Assembly: GCA_038064195.1 (NCBI GenBank)
Contig: JBBTTO010000002.1
Location: 333,356 to 397,355, forward strand
Length of the DNA: 64,000 nt
DNA from: Patescibacteria group bacterium
GTDB lineage: Bacteria; Patescibacteriota; Microgenomatia; Levybacterales; UBA12049
Direction of reading: 5' to 3'
In this document: positions 8,681 to 18,241 of the stretch, in pieces
How positions within the stretch are numbered: position 1 is the stretch's first letter
Layout of the letters: the number at the start of each line of letters is the position of its first letter
Translations under genes and position numbers: made by a program
The notes under the pieces: generated by a model
The model's database searches: none
What the model saw: only the letters and a program-made list of their open reading frames with translations
What the model was told of the DNA's origin: nothing

Positions 8681-10408
8681 ATGGAACAACAAAACATTCG
8701 CAATTTCGCTATCATCGCGCATATTGATCACGGGAAGTCGACATTATCAGACCGATTACTCGAGATCACGCATACCATCGCTAAAGATAAATTAGGCGAG
8801 CAGTTCCTCGACCAAAATCCGATCAGTAAAGAGCGGGGGATCACGATCAAGCTCGCTCCTGTCAGGATGAAGTATCACTCCGGGGATCAGGAATATGAAC
8901 TCAACTTGATAGATACTCCGGGCCACGTCGATTTCTCGTATGAGGTTTCACGCACCTTAGCCGCCTGTGAGGGTGCAGTCTTATTGGTCGATGCGACACA
9001 GGGTATCCAGGCACAGACTGTGGCGCATTTCCATGCTGCCAAGAAAGAAGGACTGGTCATGATCCCGGTCATCAATAAAATTGATCTAGACAACGCGATG
9101 ACAACTGCGGTTATTAAGGAGCTTGTGGAGGTCTTTGGCTTTAAGCAAGAAGACATTCTCCTCATCTCAGCCAAAACTGGAGAAAATGTCGAGGTCCTAC
9201 TTGAAAAAATTGTTGAGAAGTTCCCCTCACCTCAAGGTGATCCCGATGCACCTCTGCGAGCCCTTATTTTTGATGCTGTTTATGACGAATATCGCGGAGT
9301 CGTATCCTATGTGCGGGTGATGGATGGGAGTGTCAAAAAAGGGGATAAAGTGCAGCTTTTCCAGAGCGGTGTCAAGACTGAGGTCACTGATGTCGGGTAT
9401 TTCTCACCGTACTTGGCTTCAGATACACTTCTTAATACAGGTGAAATCGGCTATGTGATTACAGGTATTAAGAATATCCGTGAGGCCAGGGTGGGAGATA
9501 CTATTATCGAACAAAATAGCTCAGTTGATGCTTTGCCTGGTTATACTACGCCAAAACCAATGGTTTTTTTTGGGATGTATCCGAGGGATCAAAAAGATTT
9601 TGCGCATCTTAGGGACTCTCTTGGCAAACTTTCCCTCAATGATACTGCACTTACCTATTCAGAAGAGTATTCAGCCTATTTAGGAAGTGGCTTTAGAGTA
9701 GGATTCTTGGGACTTCTGCATGCTGAGATTGTCAAGGAACGGCTACAAAAAGAATTTGATCTGGAATTACTTTTGACTATGCCGCAGGTGCTTTATGACA
9801 GGCGGGAAGACGGTACGATCTATGAGCCGTATATGTTGCTCACTGTCTATGTCCCGACTGAGTATGTCGGCGGGGTCATGGGGGTCTGTCAAAAGAAAAA
9901 AGGAAGTTTACTCGATATGAAATATCATGAGTCATACGCGACTCTCTCCTATGAAATGCCTTACTCAATGTTCATGCGCGGGCTCTCAGCTGAGATAAAA
10001 TCAATCTCAAGCGGATTTGCCAGTCTGGATTATGAAATTAGCGAATACAAGCTTGCCGATCTGGTTCCTCTTGAGGTAAAGATAAATGATAATGCAATTG
10101 ATGTTCTTTCAGAATTGGTTTATAAAGATGAAGCGATGTATATTGCACGTGAAAAAGCCGGAAAATTAAAAGACTCTCTCCCCCGTCAGCAGTTCCGCCA
10201 GATTATCCAGGCGGTTCTGAGTAATGCCATAGTCGCACGGGAAGAAATACCGCCTTTCAGAAAAGATGTCCTCGCCAAAATGAGCGGCGGAGATCGCAGT
10301 CGTAAAGACAAATTACTTGAAGCACAGAAAAAAGGAAAGTCACGTATGCTTCAGACAGGCAAGGTTCAGCTTCCGCAGGAAGCCCTATTTTCGTTGATAG
10401 AGAGTTAG
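8681..10408 (+). CDS. lepA: Elongation factor 4
   Basis: IAHIDHGKSTLSDR, DTPGHVDF, GFRVGFLGLLH, RKDVLAKMSGGDRSRK. Confidence 0.97.
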   Translation: MEQQNIRNFAIIAHIDHGKSTLSDRLLEITHTIAKDKLGEQFLDQNPISKERGITIKLAPVRMKYHSGDQEYELNLIDTPGHVDFSYEVSRTLAACEGAVLLVDATQGIQAQTVAHFHAAKKEGLVMIPVINKIDLDNAMTTAVIKELVEVFGFKQEDILLISAKTGENVEVLLEKIVEKFPSPQGDPDAPLRALIFDAVYDEYRGVVSYVRVMDGSVKKGDKVQLFQSGVKTEVTDVGYFSPYLASDTLLNTGEIGYVITGIKNIREARVGDTIIEQNSSVDALPGYTTPKPMVFFGMYPRDQKDFAHLRDSLGKLSLNDTALTYSEEYSAYLGSGFRVGFLGLLHAEIVKERLQKEFDLELLLTMPQVLYDRREDGTIYEPYMLLTVYVPTEYVGGVMGVCQKKKGSLLDMKYHESYATLSYEMPYSMFMRGLSAEIKSISSGFASLDYEISEYKLADLVPLEVKINDNAIDVLSELVYKDEAMYIAREKAGKLKDSLPRQQFRQIIQAVLSNAIVAREEIPPFRKDVLAKMSGGDRSRKDKLLEAQKKGKSRMLQTGKVQLPQEALFSLIES

Positions 10409-10410
10409 AA

Positions 10411-10511
10411 GGTATAGGTTTAGTTGTGGCTACTAGTATGGTTTTGGGTATAGTTATAAGGTTATTCCTATAACCTATGACCACAACTTTGCCAGCCGCT
10501 ATACCCAAACC
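10411..10511. repeat. Inverted pair of degenerate 6-mer arrays (ggtata-type)
   Basis: ggtata|ggttta|gttgtg|gctact|agtatg|gttttg|ggtata|gttata ... aggtta/taacct ... atgacc|acaact...ataccc|aaacc; related to 12244 and 36717. Confidence 0.75.
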
Positions 10512-10523
10512 TTATGTCAATTT

Positions 10524-10997
10524 ATGAAACAATTTATACAAAAAGTCGAGCCTATTCCTTTTACCAAAGACGGGTTTGAGAAGATTCAAAAAGAGCAGGA
10601 ACAACTTCTGGTTGAGCGTGTTGATGCTCTTACTCATTTGAAGAAGTCACGTGAGATGGGAGATTTGAAAGAAAATGGCTATTATCAGGCTTCCCGTCAG
10701 AAAATGAACGCGATTGACGGCAGGCTACGCCGTATCAAATTTCTCCTCAAATACGGGGTAGTCCTCTCCCCCAGTCAATCGGGGATGGTTGAAATCGGGT
10801 CGACAGTAACGCTTAAAACAGGTAATAACGAAGTGACTTATCAAATAGTTGGAGGCGAAGAATCAAATCCATCTGAAGGAAGGATCTCGCATCGTTCGCC
10901 ACTCGGGAAAGCGTTATTTTCTCATAAAACAGGTGAGAAAATAACCTTAAATTTACCCGCAGGTTCTACAGACTACCTCATTAAGAAGATCTCCTAA
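10524..10997 (+). CDS. greA: Transcription elongation factor GreA
   Basis: GDLKENGYY, YQIVGGEE, ISHRSPLGKAL. Confidence 0.93.
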   Translation: MKQFIQKVEPIPFTKDGFEKIQKEQEQLLVERVDALTHLKKSREMGDLKENGYYQASRQKMNAIDGRLRRIKFLLKYGVVLSPSQSGMVEIGSTVTLKTGNNEVTYQIVGGEESNPSEGRISHRSPLGKALFSHKTGEKITLNLPAGSTDYLIKKIS

Positions 10998-11012
10998 GAC
11001 GAAATGACCTTG

Positions 11013-11038
11013 ACTCCCTCTCCAGTAAGGAGAGGAGT
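11013..11038. repeat. Short palindrome (CCTCTCC/GGAGAGG type) between convergent genes; possible terminator
   Basis: actc-cctctcc-agtaa-ggagagg-agt; same core as 16261-16307. Confidence 0.5.
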
Positions 11039-11052
11039 ATAGAGTTAGGCTA

Positions 11053-12165
11053 TTATAGTGCAAAAAACAGGATGGCTCCGATCAGGCTCAAGACTGAGAA
11101 GAATGCTCCCAGGCCGATGATAGTTGCCCCCGGTCCCGGACTGGCAATAGTCGGAGTAGGTGTATCAGCTCCGGCAATAGTCGGAGTAGGTGTATCTGTG
11201 AGTCCGGCTGTCGGTGTAGCAGTCGGACCTGCGACACTTATGGTCTGGAGACAACCGGCAGAAGTATTAGAGGCACCTCCGTCATCAGTTAAGGTCGCGG
11301 TAGCTTTGAAGGTGCCACCCGCGCTATATATATGGGAAGTAGTTGCTGAGACGGAAGCAGTCGCTAAGCCGTCGGTAACTGAGGCAGTGTTGCCATCACC
11401 AAAATCAAAATCTGCTTTGTTAATAACGCCGTCATTGTCAGTTCCGACGGCAGTAAAGTTAACAGTCAACGGCGCTGCGCCTGATGTCACATCAGCTGTG
11501 AGTGAGGCGCAGGCAGGTATCTGGTTGGTGGCTTCGGTAATAGTCGGAGTGGGTGTGTCTGTCGGAGGCTCGACTACTGCAGGAGTAACGATATCGATGA
11601 TGGCAGGGGTACTGCTTGATAGGACATCTTCACTTGCCTGGTCGGAGGTGCCGATGGAGAGAACCTGTGTCTGGGTACCGTAGATAACCTGGGTGGGTGT
11701 ATCTGTGCCGGCGAGTGCTTTCAGGTGCAAGGTACCGATCTCTGTTGGGGTCTGAATAGCCTTGGTAAGATCTGAGCCGACAGACAAGGATACAAGGATT
11801 TTGCCGTCTTCATAGACCGGACCCTCATTGATAGTCGGGAAGGCGGTCTTGTTAGGTTCAAAGGCAGGTTCCCCGCCTGTCCCTGAGGCTGTAGCAAGTT
11901 TGGAACTGTCGTACTGGATCTCGAGGCGAACGAATGAAACCAGATTAGAACTCGGGTCAACACTGAGCTTAAGATCGATGACGTCATCAACTTTGGCCTG
12001 AATCGGATTTGAGGGCGTTGAAGGTGGTGTAAAACCCAGAGTGGAGGCTGCCTGCGCACGAGAACGAACTTCCTGCTGCTGTTGGAGGAGGAAAATGGTG
12101 ACAGGAATACCGATGAGGACAAGAACGATGAGGGCTATGACGATTATTTTTTTGGCAGAAAACAT
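11053..12165 (-). CDS. Surface protein: N-terminal TM, cohesin-like domain, PKD domain, Pro/Thr linkers, C-terminal TM
   Basis: QQQQEVRSRA after the TM; GAAPLTVNF...FDFGDG...HIY...G.F.ATATLTD PKD signature; TDTPTPTI repeats. Confidence 0.8.
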   Translation of the reverse strand: MFSAKKIIVIALIVLVLIGIPVTIFLLQQQQEVRSRAQAASTLGFTPPSTPSNPIQAKVDDVIDLKLSVDPSSNLVSFVRLEIQYDSSKLATASGTGGEPAFEPNKTAFPTINEGPVYEDGKILVSLSVGSDLTKAIQTPTEIGTLHLKALAGTDTPTQVIYGTQTQVLSIGTSDQASEDVLSSSTPAIIDIVTPAVVEPPTDTPTPTITEATNQIPACASLTADVTSGAAPLTVNFTAVGTDNDGVINKADFDFGDGNTASVTDGLATASVSATTSHIYSAGGTFKATATLTDDGGASNTSAGCLQTISVAGPTATPTAGLTDTPTPTIAGADTPTPTIASPGPGATIIGLGAFFSVLSLIGAILFFAL

Positions 12166-12243
12166 AGCAATGAGACGTACAAATGGTACGTCACTTTCAT
12201 CGTATATGAATTAAAGAAGAGGTGTCAAGCGAGCTGTGAAATA

Positions 12244-12289
12244 GGTATAGGTTTAGGTATAGCAGCCATAACTGTACCTACTACCTAAA
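12244..12289. repeat. Short inverted 6-mer array (ggtata-type)
   Basis: ggtata|ggttta|ggtata|gcagcc|ataact|gtacct|actacc. Confidence 0.6.
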
Positions 12290-12302
12290 TTTTGTAAAAC
12301 CC

Positions 12303-12331
12303 TTGACAATTCAAGGCGTATATTGTATAAA
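12303..12331 (+). promoter_or_regulatory. groESL promoter
   Basis: TTGACA-17 nt-TATAAA. Confidence 0.7.
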
Positions 12332-12358
12332 TTAGCAGTAACAATTAATGAGTGATTA
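12332..12358 (+). promoter_or_regulatory. Degenerate CIRCE (HrcA operator)
   Basis: TTAGCAGTA-N9-GAGTGATTA vs consensus TTAGCACTC-N9-GAGTGCTAA (7/9 in each arm), directly after the -10 and before groES. Confidence 0.75.
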
Positions 12359-12379
12359 CTCAGCATTATATAGATTACT

Positions 12380-12691
12380 ATGGCAAGCAAATCGAATGTC
12401 AAATCCGAAATTAAACCACTCTTTGATAACGTCTTAATCAAGCCTGAAGAGGCAGAGACAAAGACTGCTAGTGGCATTATATTGCCGGACTCTGTTAAAG
12501 AAAAACCTCAGCTCGGAACTATCATGGCTGTAGGGAATGGTCATATAACTCCCGAGGGTAAAACAGTCCCGATGACTGTCAAAGCAGGACAAAAGGTAAT
12601 GTATAAAAAATGGGGCGGTAATGAAGTTAAAGTAAATGGTGAGGACTGGATGATGGTCGAACAAAAAGACATTCTCGCAATCGTTGGTTAA
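12380..12691 (+). CDS. groES: Co-chaperonin GroES
   Basis: IKPLFDNVLI, KTASGIILPD, DILAIV. Confidence 0.98.
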   Translation: MASKSNVKSEIKPLFDNVLIKPEEAETKTASGIILPDSVKEKPQLGTIMAVGNGHITPEGKTVPMTVKAGQKVMYKKWGGNEVKVNGEDWMMVEQKDILAIVG

Positions 12692-12700
12692 CAATTACGT

Positions 12701-12790
12701 AAATTCTAAGCGCTAATTTCGAAGCTCGAAACAAATATAAAATAATAAATACAAAATAGTTTCGGATTTCGATATTCGGATTTAGAGTTT
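12701..12790. repeat. Inverted pair of degenerate 7-mer arrays in the groES-groEL spacer
   Basis: aaattct|aagcgct|aatttcg|aagctcg|aaac ... gtttcggatttcgatattcggatttagag. Confidence 0.7.
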
Positions 12791-12811
12791 CTTTTCCGAA
12801 GGAAAAGTATT

Positions 12812-14476
12812 ATGGCAAAGCAAATTATATACGGCACAGAGGCACGGGCAAAGCTCAAATCAGGTGTAGATCAACTGGCTAACGCCGTGGCTACGACACT
12901 TGGACCAAAGGGCCGCAACGTCGCGCTTGATAAAAAATGGGGAGCCCCTAATGTCATCCATGATGGTGTCACTGTTGCAAAAGAAATTGAACTCAAAGAT
13001 CCTTTCGAAAACATGGGCGCACAACTGGTCAAAGAAGCTGCTTCCAAAACAGCCGATGTCGCCGGAGACGGTACAACTACCTCCACAGTTCTCGCACAAT
13101 CAATTGTCAACGAAGGTATCAAAATGATCACCGCAGGTGCTAACCCGATGGTCATGCGCCGCGGTATTGAAAAAGCCGGTGAGCACGTCGTCACAGAACT
13201 GAAAAAAATGGCCAAGGATATCAAGGAGACGGATATTGCCAATGTCGCAACTATCTCTGCCGGTAACGCAGAACTCGGACAACTCATCGCTGAGGCTTTG
13301 AAGAAAGTCGGTAAAGACGGTGTCGTCACTGTAGAGGAAGGACGAAGTCTCACCACAGAAATTGAGTATAAAGAAGGTATGGAATTTGATAAAGGCTATG
13401 TCTCAGCCTACTTTGTCACCCAGCCTGAGAAGATGGAATCTGAGATCGAGAGTCCTTATATCCTTATTACCGATAAGAAAATCTCAGCTCTTAACGAATT
13501 GCTGCCATTCCTTGAGAATTTAGTTAAAGTCACCAAAAATCTCGTTGTAATTGCGGATGATGTTGATGGTGAGGCATTAGCCACACTCGTTGTGAATAAG
13601 CTTAAAGGTACCTTTAATACGCTGGCTATTAAAGCACCGGGCTTTGGTGATAGACGAAAAGAAATGCTCCAGGATATCGCAGTCCTGACAGGCGGAACGG
13701 TGATCTCTGAGGATACGGGACGAAAGTTAGATAGTGTCACGCTTGAGGACTGTGGACGGGCTGATAAAGTCTGGGCTGATAAAGATAATGCCCGCGTAAT
13801 CGGCGGTAAAGGTGACAAAATAGCTATTACTGCACGTGTCAAACAAATCAGGATGGCAATTGAGAAAACCACATCAGAGTTTGATCGGGAGAAACTCCAG
13901 GAAAGACTCGCTAAATTATCAGGTGGTGTAGCAGTCATTAATGTCGGAGCAGCAACTGAGGTGGAGTTAAAAGACCGCAAAGAGCGTGTCATTGATGCCG
14001 TTGCTGCAACTAAAGCCGCCCTTGAGGAGGGAATCGTCCCAGGAGGATCTGTCGCACTTCTTGACGTTGCGACTCGTATGACGACTAAGCCTCTTGAAGC
14101 AGCTAAAGCCTCACGAGATGAGGTCTTTGGGTTTGAGATCGTCAAGTCAGCACTCGAGGCACCTTTTATCCGTCTTATGCAAAACGCAGGGCTTGATGCA
14201 GGACAACTCATCGCTAAGGCACGCGAAGTATCTGCCGCCGGACAGGGCTTTAATGTCATGACAGTTGAGTCTGCTGAGACTGCAACACCTGTTGATATGC
14301 TTAAAGAAGGCATCATTGATCCTCTCAAAGTAGTTCGCAGCGCAGTGCAAAATGCAGTCTCTGTCGCCACAATGATTTTGACCACTGAGTCATTGGTAAC
14401 TGATATTCCTGAGGAGAAGCCAGGCTTACCCGGTGCCGGTGGCATGCCAGGGGGTATGGGTGGAATGGACTACTAA
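12812..14476 (+). CDS. groEL: Chaperonin GroEL
   Basis: [29 protein letters not shown] tail. Confidence 0.99.
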   Translation: MAKQIIYGTEARAKLKSGVDQLANAVATTLGPKGRNVALDKKWGAPNVIHDGVTVAKEIELKDPFENMGAQLVKEAASKTADVAGDGTTTSTVLAQSIVNEGIKMITAGANPMVMRRGIEKAGEHVVTELKKMAKDIKETDIANVATISAGNAELGQLIAEALKKVGKDGVVTVEEGRSLTTEIEYKEGMEFDKGYVSAYFVTQPEKMESEIESPYILITDKKISALNELLPFLENLVKVTKNLVVIADDVDGEALATLVVNKLKGTFNTLAIKAPGFGDRRKEMLQDIAVLTGGTVISEDTGRKLDSVTLEDCGRADKVWADKDNARVIGGKGDKIAITARVKQIRMAIEKTTSEFDREKLQERLAKLSGGVAVINVGAATEVELKDRKERVIDAVAATKAALEEGIVPGGSVALLDVATRMTTKPLEAAKASRDEVFGFEIVKSALEAPFIRLMQNAGLDAGQLIAKAREVSAAGQGFNVMTVESAETATPVDMLKEGIIDPLKVVRSAVQNAVSVATMILTTESLVTDIPEEKPGLPGAGGMPGGMGGMDY

Positions 14477-14511
14477 GTCAGTAGTCAGTTGTTAGAAGTT
14501 AGTTGTTAGTT
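14477..14511. repeat. Degenerate 7-mer tandem array
   Basis: gtcagta|gtcagtt|gttagaa|gttagtt|gttagtt. Confidence 0.6.
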
Positions 14512-14515
14512 AGGG

Positions 14516-14537
14516 ATCCGCGATGAGCGGATTTTTT
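14516..14537 (+). terminator. Terminator after groEL
   Basis: atccgc-gatga-gcggat followed by a T run. Confidence 0.7.
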
Positions 14538-14545
14538 GTTGGTTT

Positions 14546-16213
14546 TTAAGCGGAGCGGTTGGCGTCAATGACTTCCTCACTACCGCCAAGAATTTCTCTC
14601 CAGTTACCGAGTTGACGGAAGATTTGGATATACGTCTGAGCTTCCCTGATCTTGAACAGCCAGGTAAGGAGAAGATAAATAACAAGTCCTGCCAGACTTG
14701 AGATGCCTGTCAGCATGATGAGATTGACCGTGCGGGTGGTGTCAAAGACTAGCTCATCAAGAAGTTTAATCGGAACGTATAGTGCAAGCCCGGTAAAAAG
14801 TGTGGCAACAAAAAATTTAGTGAAAGAGATAAGGAGCGTACTGCGGTCAAAGCCGCCTGTCTTACGGTCAAGATAGATAAAGAGAAGGATAAGCTGTAAA
14901 AAATTTGAGAGTGTGAAGGCTATCGCGATACTTGAAAGCCCCATATGATTGATCACGACTAAAATATAGCTGAGTATAAGAAGGAAGACAGTGGCAATGG
15001 CACTGGTCACAAGGGGAATAAAGGTGTTATGGAGCGCGTAGAAAGCTCTGTAGAAAAGAACGATCAGTCCCTGAGCAAAAATAGAGATTGCCAGAAAGGC
15101 CAGTGTCGTACCGGTAAGCACTGTCGCGGGCCAGTCAAATTTATCAGCTCCGTAAATAAGACGGACAATCGGGATGCGCAGTACTAAGATCAGAGCTGAG
15201 ACAGGTAAGATCAGATAAAGCATCTGATTGAGACTGGCAAGAAAAGTGGCTTTGAATTCTTCCAGATTGTTGCGTTCGCGGGAGAGGACAGGAAAAGCAG
15301 CCTGGGCAATGCTGTAGCCAATGAGTGAGACAGGAGCAAACATCAGCGTTTTGGCGTAATCAAAAAGTAAATGCATGCGTCCGGGATCCGTCATAAATGA
15401 GATGATGGCGGCAATAACAATAGTCCCGAGCTGCTGGATCCCCACCTGAATAGTTCGCGGCCACATCAGCTTGAGGATCTTACGTACTCCATCATTACCG
15501 AAAAGCTGTGAGGACGGGGTAAAGTGAAAGCCTACTTTTATAGCAAGGGGGATCTGACAGACGATATAAATGATTGATCCGAGGACGGCACCAAGGGGAG
15601 CCGAATAGATCCCAAACCAGCTATGCAGAAAGATGATACCTAAGATAATACCCAGGTTGTAAAGCGCCTGGGCAAATCCCGGGATAAAGAAATGATTGTA
15701 AGACTGGAGGAGCGCGGTAAAGAAAGTACCTACAATAAACAACAGCTGCCCGATAACCAGTAGTCGCATCAGGTTGGCCATAAGTGTCATCTGGGCTGGT
15801 GTGAAGTTGGCGCCAACATTGAAAAGTTCGAGGAAAAAAGGAGCGAATACGGCAACAATAAGCGAAAGGAGTGCAAAGATCCCTATCCCTACTACTAAAA
15901 AGGTGGAGGCCATACTATGTCCTTCTTTGGCTCTCCCGCGGCTGAGATAATCAGAAAAAACAGGGATAAATGCGCTTGAGAAGGCAGCGGCGACAACGAG
16001 TTGAAAGATGGTATCCGGAAGGATTGAGGCATAGTTGTAGACTCCAAGGGTACTTGTCGGGCCAAAAATTGAGATAAGAAGGCGGCTTCGAACGAGTCCC
16101 AGAATTTGTGAAAATATAACTGTCGCCATGAGGATATAGGCCGCGGAGATGATATTGGTTTGCCTTTTTAACAGAACCTCCAATCCTCGTTTGAAAATAT
16201 CACTCATAGACAT
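14546..16213 (-). CDS. murJ: Lipid II flippase MurJ/MviN
   Basis: SQILGLVR, SSAFIPVF, AQAAFPVLS, RAFYALHNT..P; about 14 TM segments. Confidence 0.9.
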   Translation of the reverse strand: MSMSDIFKRGLEVLLKRQTNIISAAYILMATVIFSQILGLVRSRLLISIFGPTSTLGVYNYASILPDTIFQLVVAAAFSSAFIPVFSDYLSRGRAKEGHSMASTFLVVGIGIFALLSLIVAVFAPFFLELFNVGANFTPAQMTLMANLMRLLVIGQLLFIVGTFFTALLQSYNHFFIPGFAQALYNLGIILGIIFLHSWFGIYSAPLGAVLGSIIYIVCQIPLAIKVGFHFTPSSQLFGNDGVRKILKLMWPRTIQVGIQQLGTIVIAAIISFMTDPGRMHLLFDYAKTLMFAPVSLIGYSIAQAAFPVLSRERNNLEEFKATFLASLNQMLYLILPVSALILVLRIPIVRLIYGADKFDWPATVLTGTTLAFLAISIFAQGLIVLFYRAFYALHNTFIPLVTSAIATVFLLILSYILVVINHMGLSSIAIAFTLSNFLQLILLFIYLDRKTGGFDRSTLLISFTKFFVATLFTGLALYVPIKLLDELVFDTTRTVNLIMLTGISSLAGLVIYLLLTWLFKIREAQTYIQIFRQLGNWREILGGSEEVIDANRSA

Positions 16214-16260
16214 TTATTGTAGTGGGTTTTCTGTGAAAAGTCATTATCAAAAGGTCGAAG

Positions 16261-16307
16261 ACCTCATCCTCCTATCCCTCTCCTCTGAGGAGAGGGAAGG
16301 GTGAGGT
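16261..16307. repeat. REP-like nested palindrome
   Basis: acctcatcct...ccctctcct-ctg-aggagaggg...agggtgaggt. Confidence 0.65.
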
Positions 16308-16368
16308 AAAGCTTATTTATATGCTCAGCTCATTGCGTATGAGCTTCAAACATGGTAAAATACCATCT

Positions 16369-16764
16369 ATGCCAATTCTCAAACACGCCAAGAAAAAGCT
16401 GAGACAGGATATCCGTAAAGAGTATATCCAGGATAACGCGAGGGTGCATTATAAGCAGCTTATTAAAAAAGCTAAAGAAAATCCGTCAAAGGCTACCATT
16501 AGTGCTGCTTTTCAGGCGATCGATAAAGCTGCTAAGAAAAATCTTATTCATGACAATAAAGCAGCTCGTCTGAAGTCAGCTCTCTCAAGAGCCTCAGGTG
16601 ATAAGCCTACCCAGACTCCCGCTCCAAAGAAGCATCTGACTAAAGCCGCTCAGGCCAAAGCTAACAAGAGTATCAGTAAAGCACCTGTGGCTGAAGTGGT
16701 ACCCGTCGTTGAATCTCCCAGAACTTCTCCTAAAGCGAAGAAAGCAACACCCAAGAAGAAATAA
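16369..16764 (+). CDS. rpsT: 30S ribosomal protein bS20 with a basic C-terminal extension
   Basis: MPILKHAKKKLRQ...IDKAAKKNLIHDNKAARLKS. Start moved to 16369 because TTGCGT-17-TAAAAT ends 7 nt upstream. Confidence 0.92.
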   Translation: MPILKHAKKKLRQDIRKEYIQDNARVHYKQLIKKAKENPSKATISAAFQAIDKAAKKNLIHDNKAARLKSALSRASGDKPTQTPAPKKHLTKAAQAKANKSISKAPVAEVVPVVESPRTSPKAKKATPKKK

Positions 16765-16812
16765 GCTCCTCAATTGATCTACTTCCACAAAAGCGTTATA
16801 ATCCCCTTAGGC

Positions 16813-16912
16813 AATTTTCAATTCGAAATTTACAATTTGAAATGAATGTTTAAAGATTTAAATTTAAAACATTTGTATTTCATTAAAAATTGAAAACTGA
16901 AAATTTCAAATT
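16813..16912. repeat. Inverted pair of degenerate 7-mer arrays in the serS leader
   Basis: aattttc|aattcga|aatttac|aatttga ... aaaattg|aaaactg|aaaattt|caaatt. Confidence 0.7.
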
Positions 16913-16917
16913 AAACC

Positions 16918-18183
16918 ATGATTGATATTAAAATTCTCAGAGAGAATCCGAAAGATATTGAGACAGCAGCTCGAAATAAAGGTATAACAATCAATGCCGC
17001 ACACATTCTCGAGATCGATGAAAAATACCGTGAGCTTTCCTCTGTTGTTCAGCTACTTCGTGAAGAACGTAATCAACTCGTAAAAGCCGGTTCATCAACA
17101 CTTGAAAGTGAAAGGAATTCCGCTATCGCGGAGGGGAAGAAATTGAAGGTCCTCCTTGAGCAAAAAGAGCATGCGCTTAATTCAGTAAAAGATGAGTTGG
17201 ATAGGGCGCTCTTGACTATTCCTAACCCCGCGAAATCAGATGTTAAGATCGGTAAGGATGAGACTGAGAATGAAGTTATCCGTAGTGTTGGAGAGCCCAC
17301 GAAGTTTGCTTTTCCTCCCAAAGATCACCTAGAGCTTGGTGAGGCGCTTGGTATTATTGATGTCCAGACTGCAAGTCAGGTCTCAGGAAGCCGTTTTAAC
17401 TACCTCAAAAATGAAGCGGTTCTCCTGGAGTCAGCCCTTAAGGAGTTGGCTTTTGAAGTTTTGCTTACCGAAGGGTTTATCCCTGTTACACCACCTGTTC
17501 TTATCAAGCATGAAGTCATGGACGCGCTTGGTTATACAGCCATGGGGGAGGCAGACAATATCTTTTCCCTTGATAAAGACGGTCTGTATCTGGTTGGTAC
17601 TTCAGAGCAATCGATTGTGCCGATTCACATGAATGCTACTCTCAAAAAAGAAGATCTGCCACGACGTTATGTCGGGTACTCAACCTGTTTTCGCCGTGAA
17701 GCGGGGAGTTACGGGAAAGATACAAAAGGAATTTTTCGTGTTCATCAGTTTAATAAAGTTGAGATGGTCTCATTTGTTGAGGAAGGGGATGATGATCGTG
17801 AGCATGAGTATCTCCTTGGTCTTGAAGAAAAGTTTTTCCAGATGCTCGCACTCCCCTACCAGGTGGTTCGTATTTGCACCGGGGATTTGGGCTTTAATGC
17901 AGCCCGTAAATACGATATCGAGGCTTGGATCCCATCACAAAATAAATACCGTGAGGTGACATCGACATCAACAGTTACTGATTTTCAATCACGACGTCTT
18001 AACATGCGCTATAGTGACGGCAACGAGAAAAAATACCTCAGTGTCCTCAACGGGACGGCATTTTCAATGAATCGGCCGATTATTGCCATCCTTGAAAATT
18101 ATCAGCAGGAAGACGGCTCAGTCGTTATCCCTGAGGTCTTGCGAAAATATATCGGTAAGGATAAAATAACGCCTCGAAGATAA
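16918..18183 (+). CDS. serS: Seryl-tRNA synthetase
   Basis: MIDIKILRENP, LVGTSEQ, CFRREAGSYGKDTKGIFRVHQF, LNGT. Confidence 0.98.
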   Translation: MIDIKILRENPKDIETAARNKGITINAAHILEIDEKYRELSSVVQLLREERNQLVKAGSSTLESERNSAIAEGKKLKVLLEQKEHALNSVKDELDRALLTIPNPAKSDVKIGKDETENEVIRSVGEPTKFAFPPKDHLELGEALGIIDVQTASQVSGSRFNYLKNEAVLLESALKELAFEVLLTEGFIPVTPPVLIKHEVMDALGYTAMGEADNIFSLDKDGLYLVGTSEQSIVPIHMNATLKKEDLPRRYVGYSTCFRREAGSYGKDTKGIFRVHQFNKVEMVSFVEEGDDDREHEYLLGLEEKFFQMLALPYQVVRICTGDLGFNAARKYDIEAWIPSQNKYREVTSTSTVTDFQSRRLNMRYSDGNEKKYLSVLNGTAFSMNRPIIAILENYQQEDGSVVIPEVLRKYIGKDKITPRR

Positions 18184-18241
18184 GGGAATTACAGCCATTT
18201 TATTAAACACACATGGCTGGTATGTGCTATAATTAGCCTCT

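Noticed and set aside
13456-14445. 329-aa antisense ORF in groEL, plus similar shadows such as 1481-2026, 11072-11683 and 12871-13356
   Set aside because: Antisense mirrors of well-supported genes, Ser/Thr-rich and motif-less; expected from codon bias.
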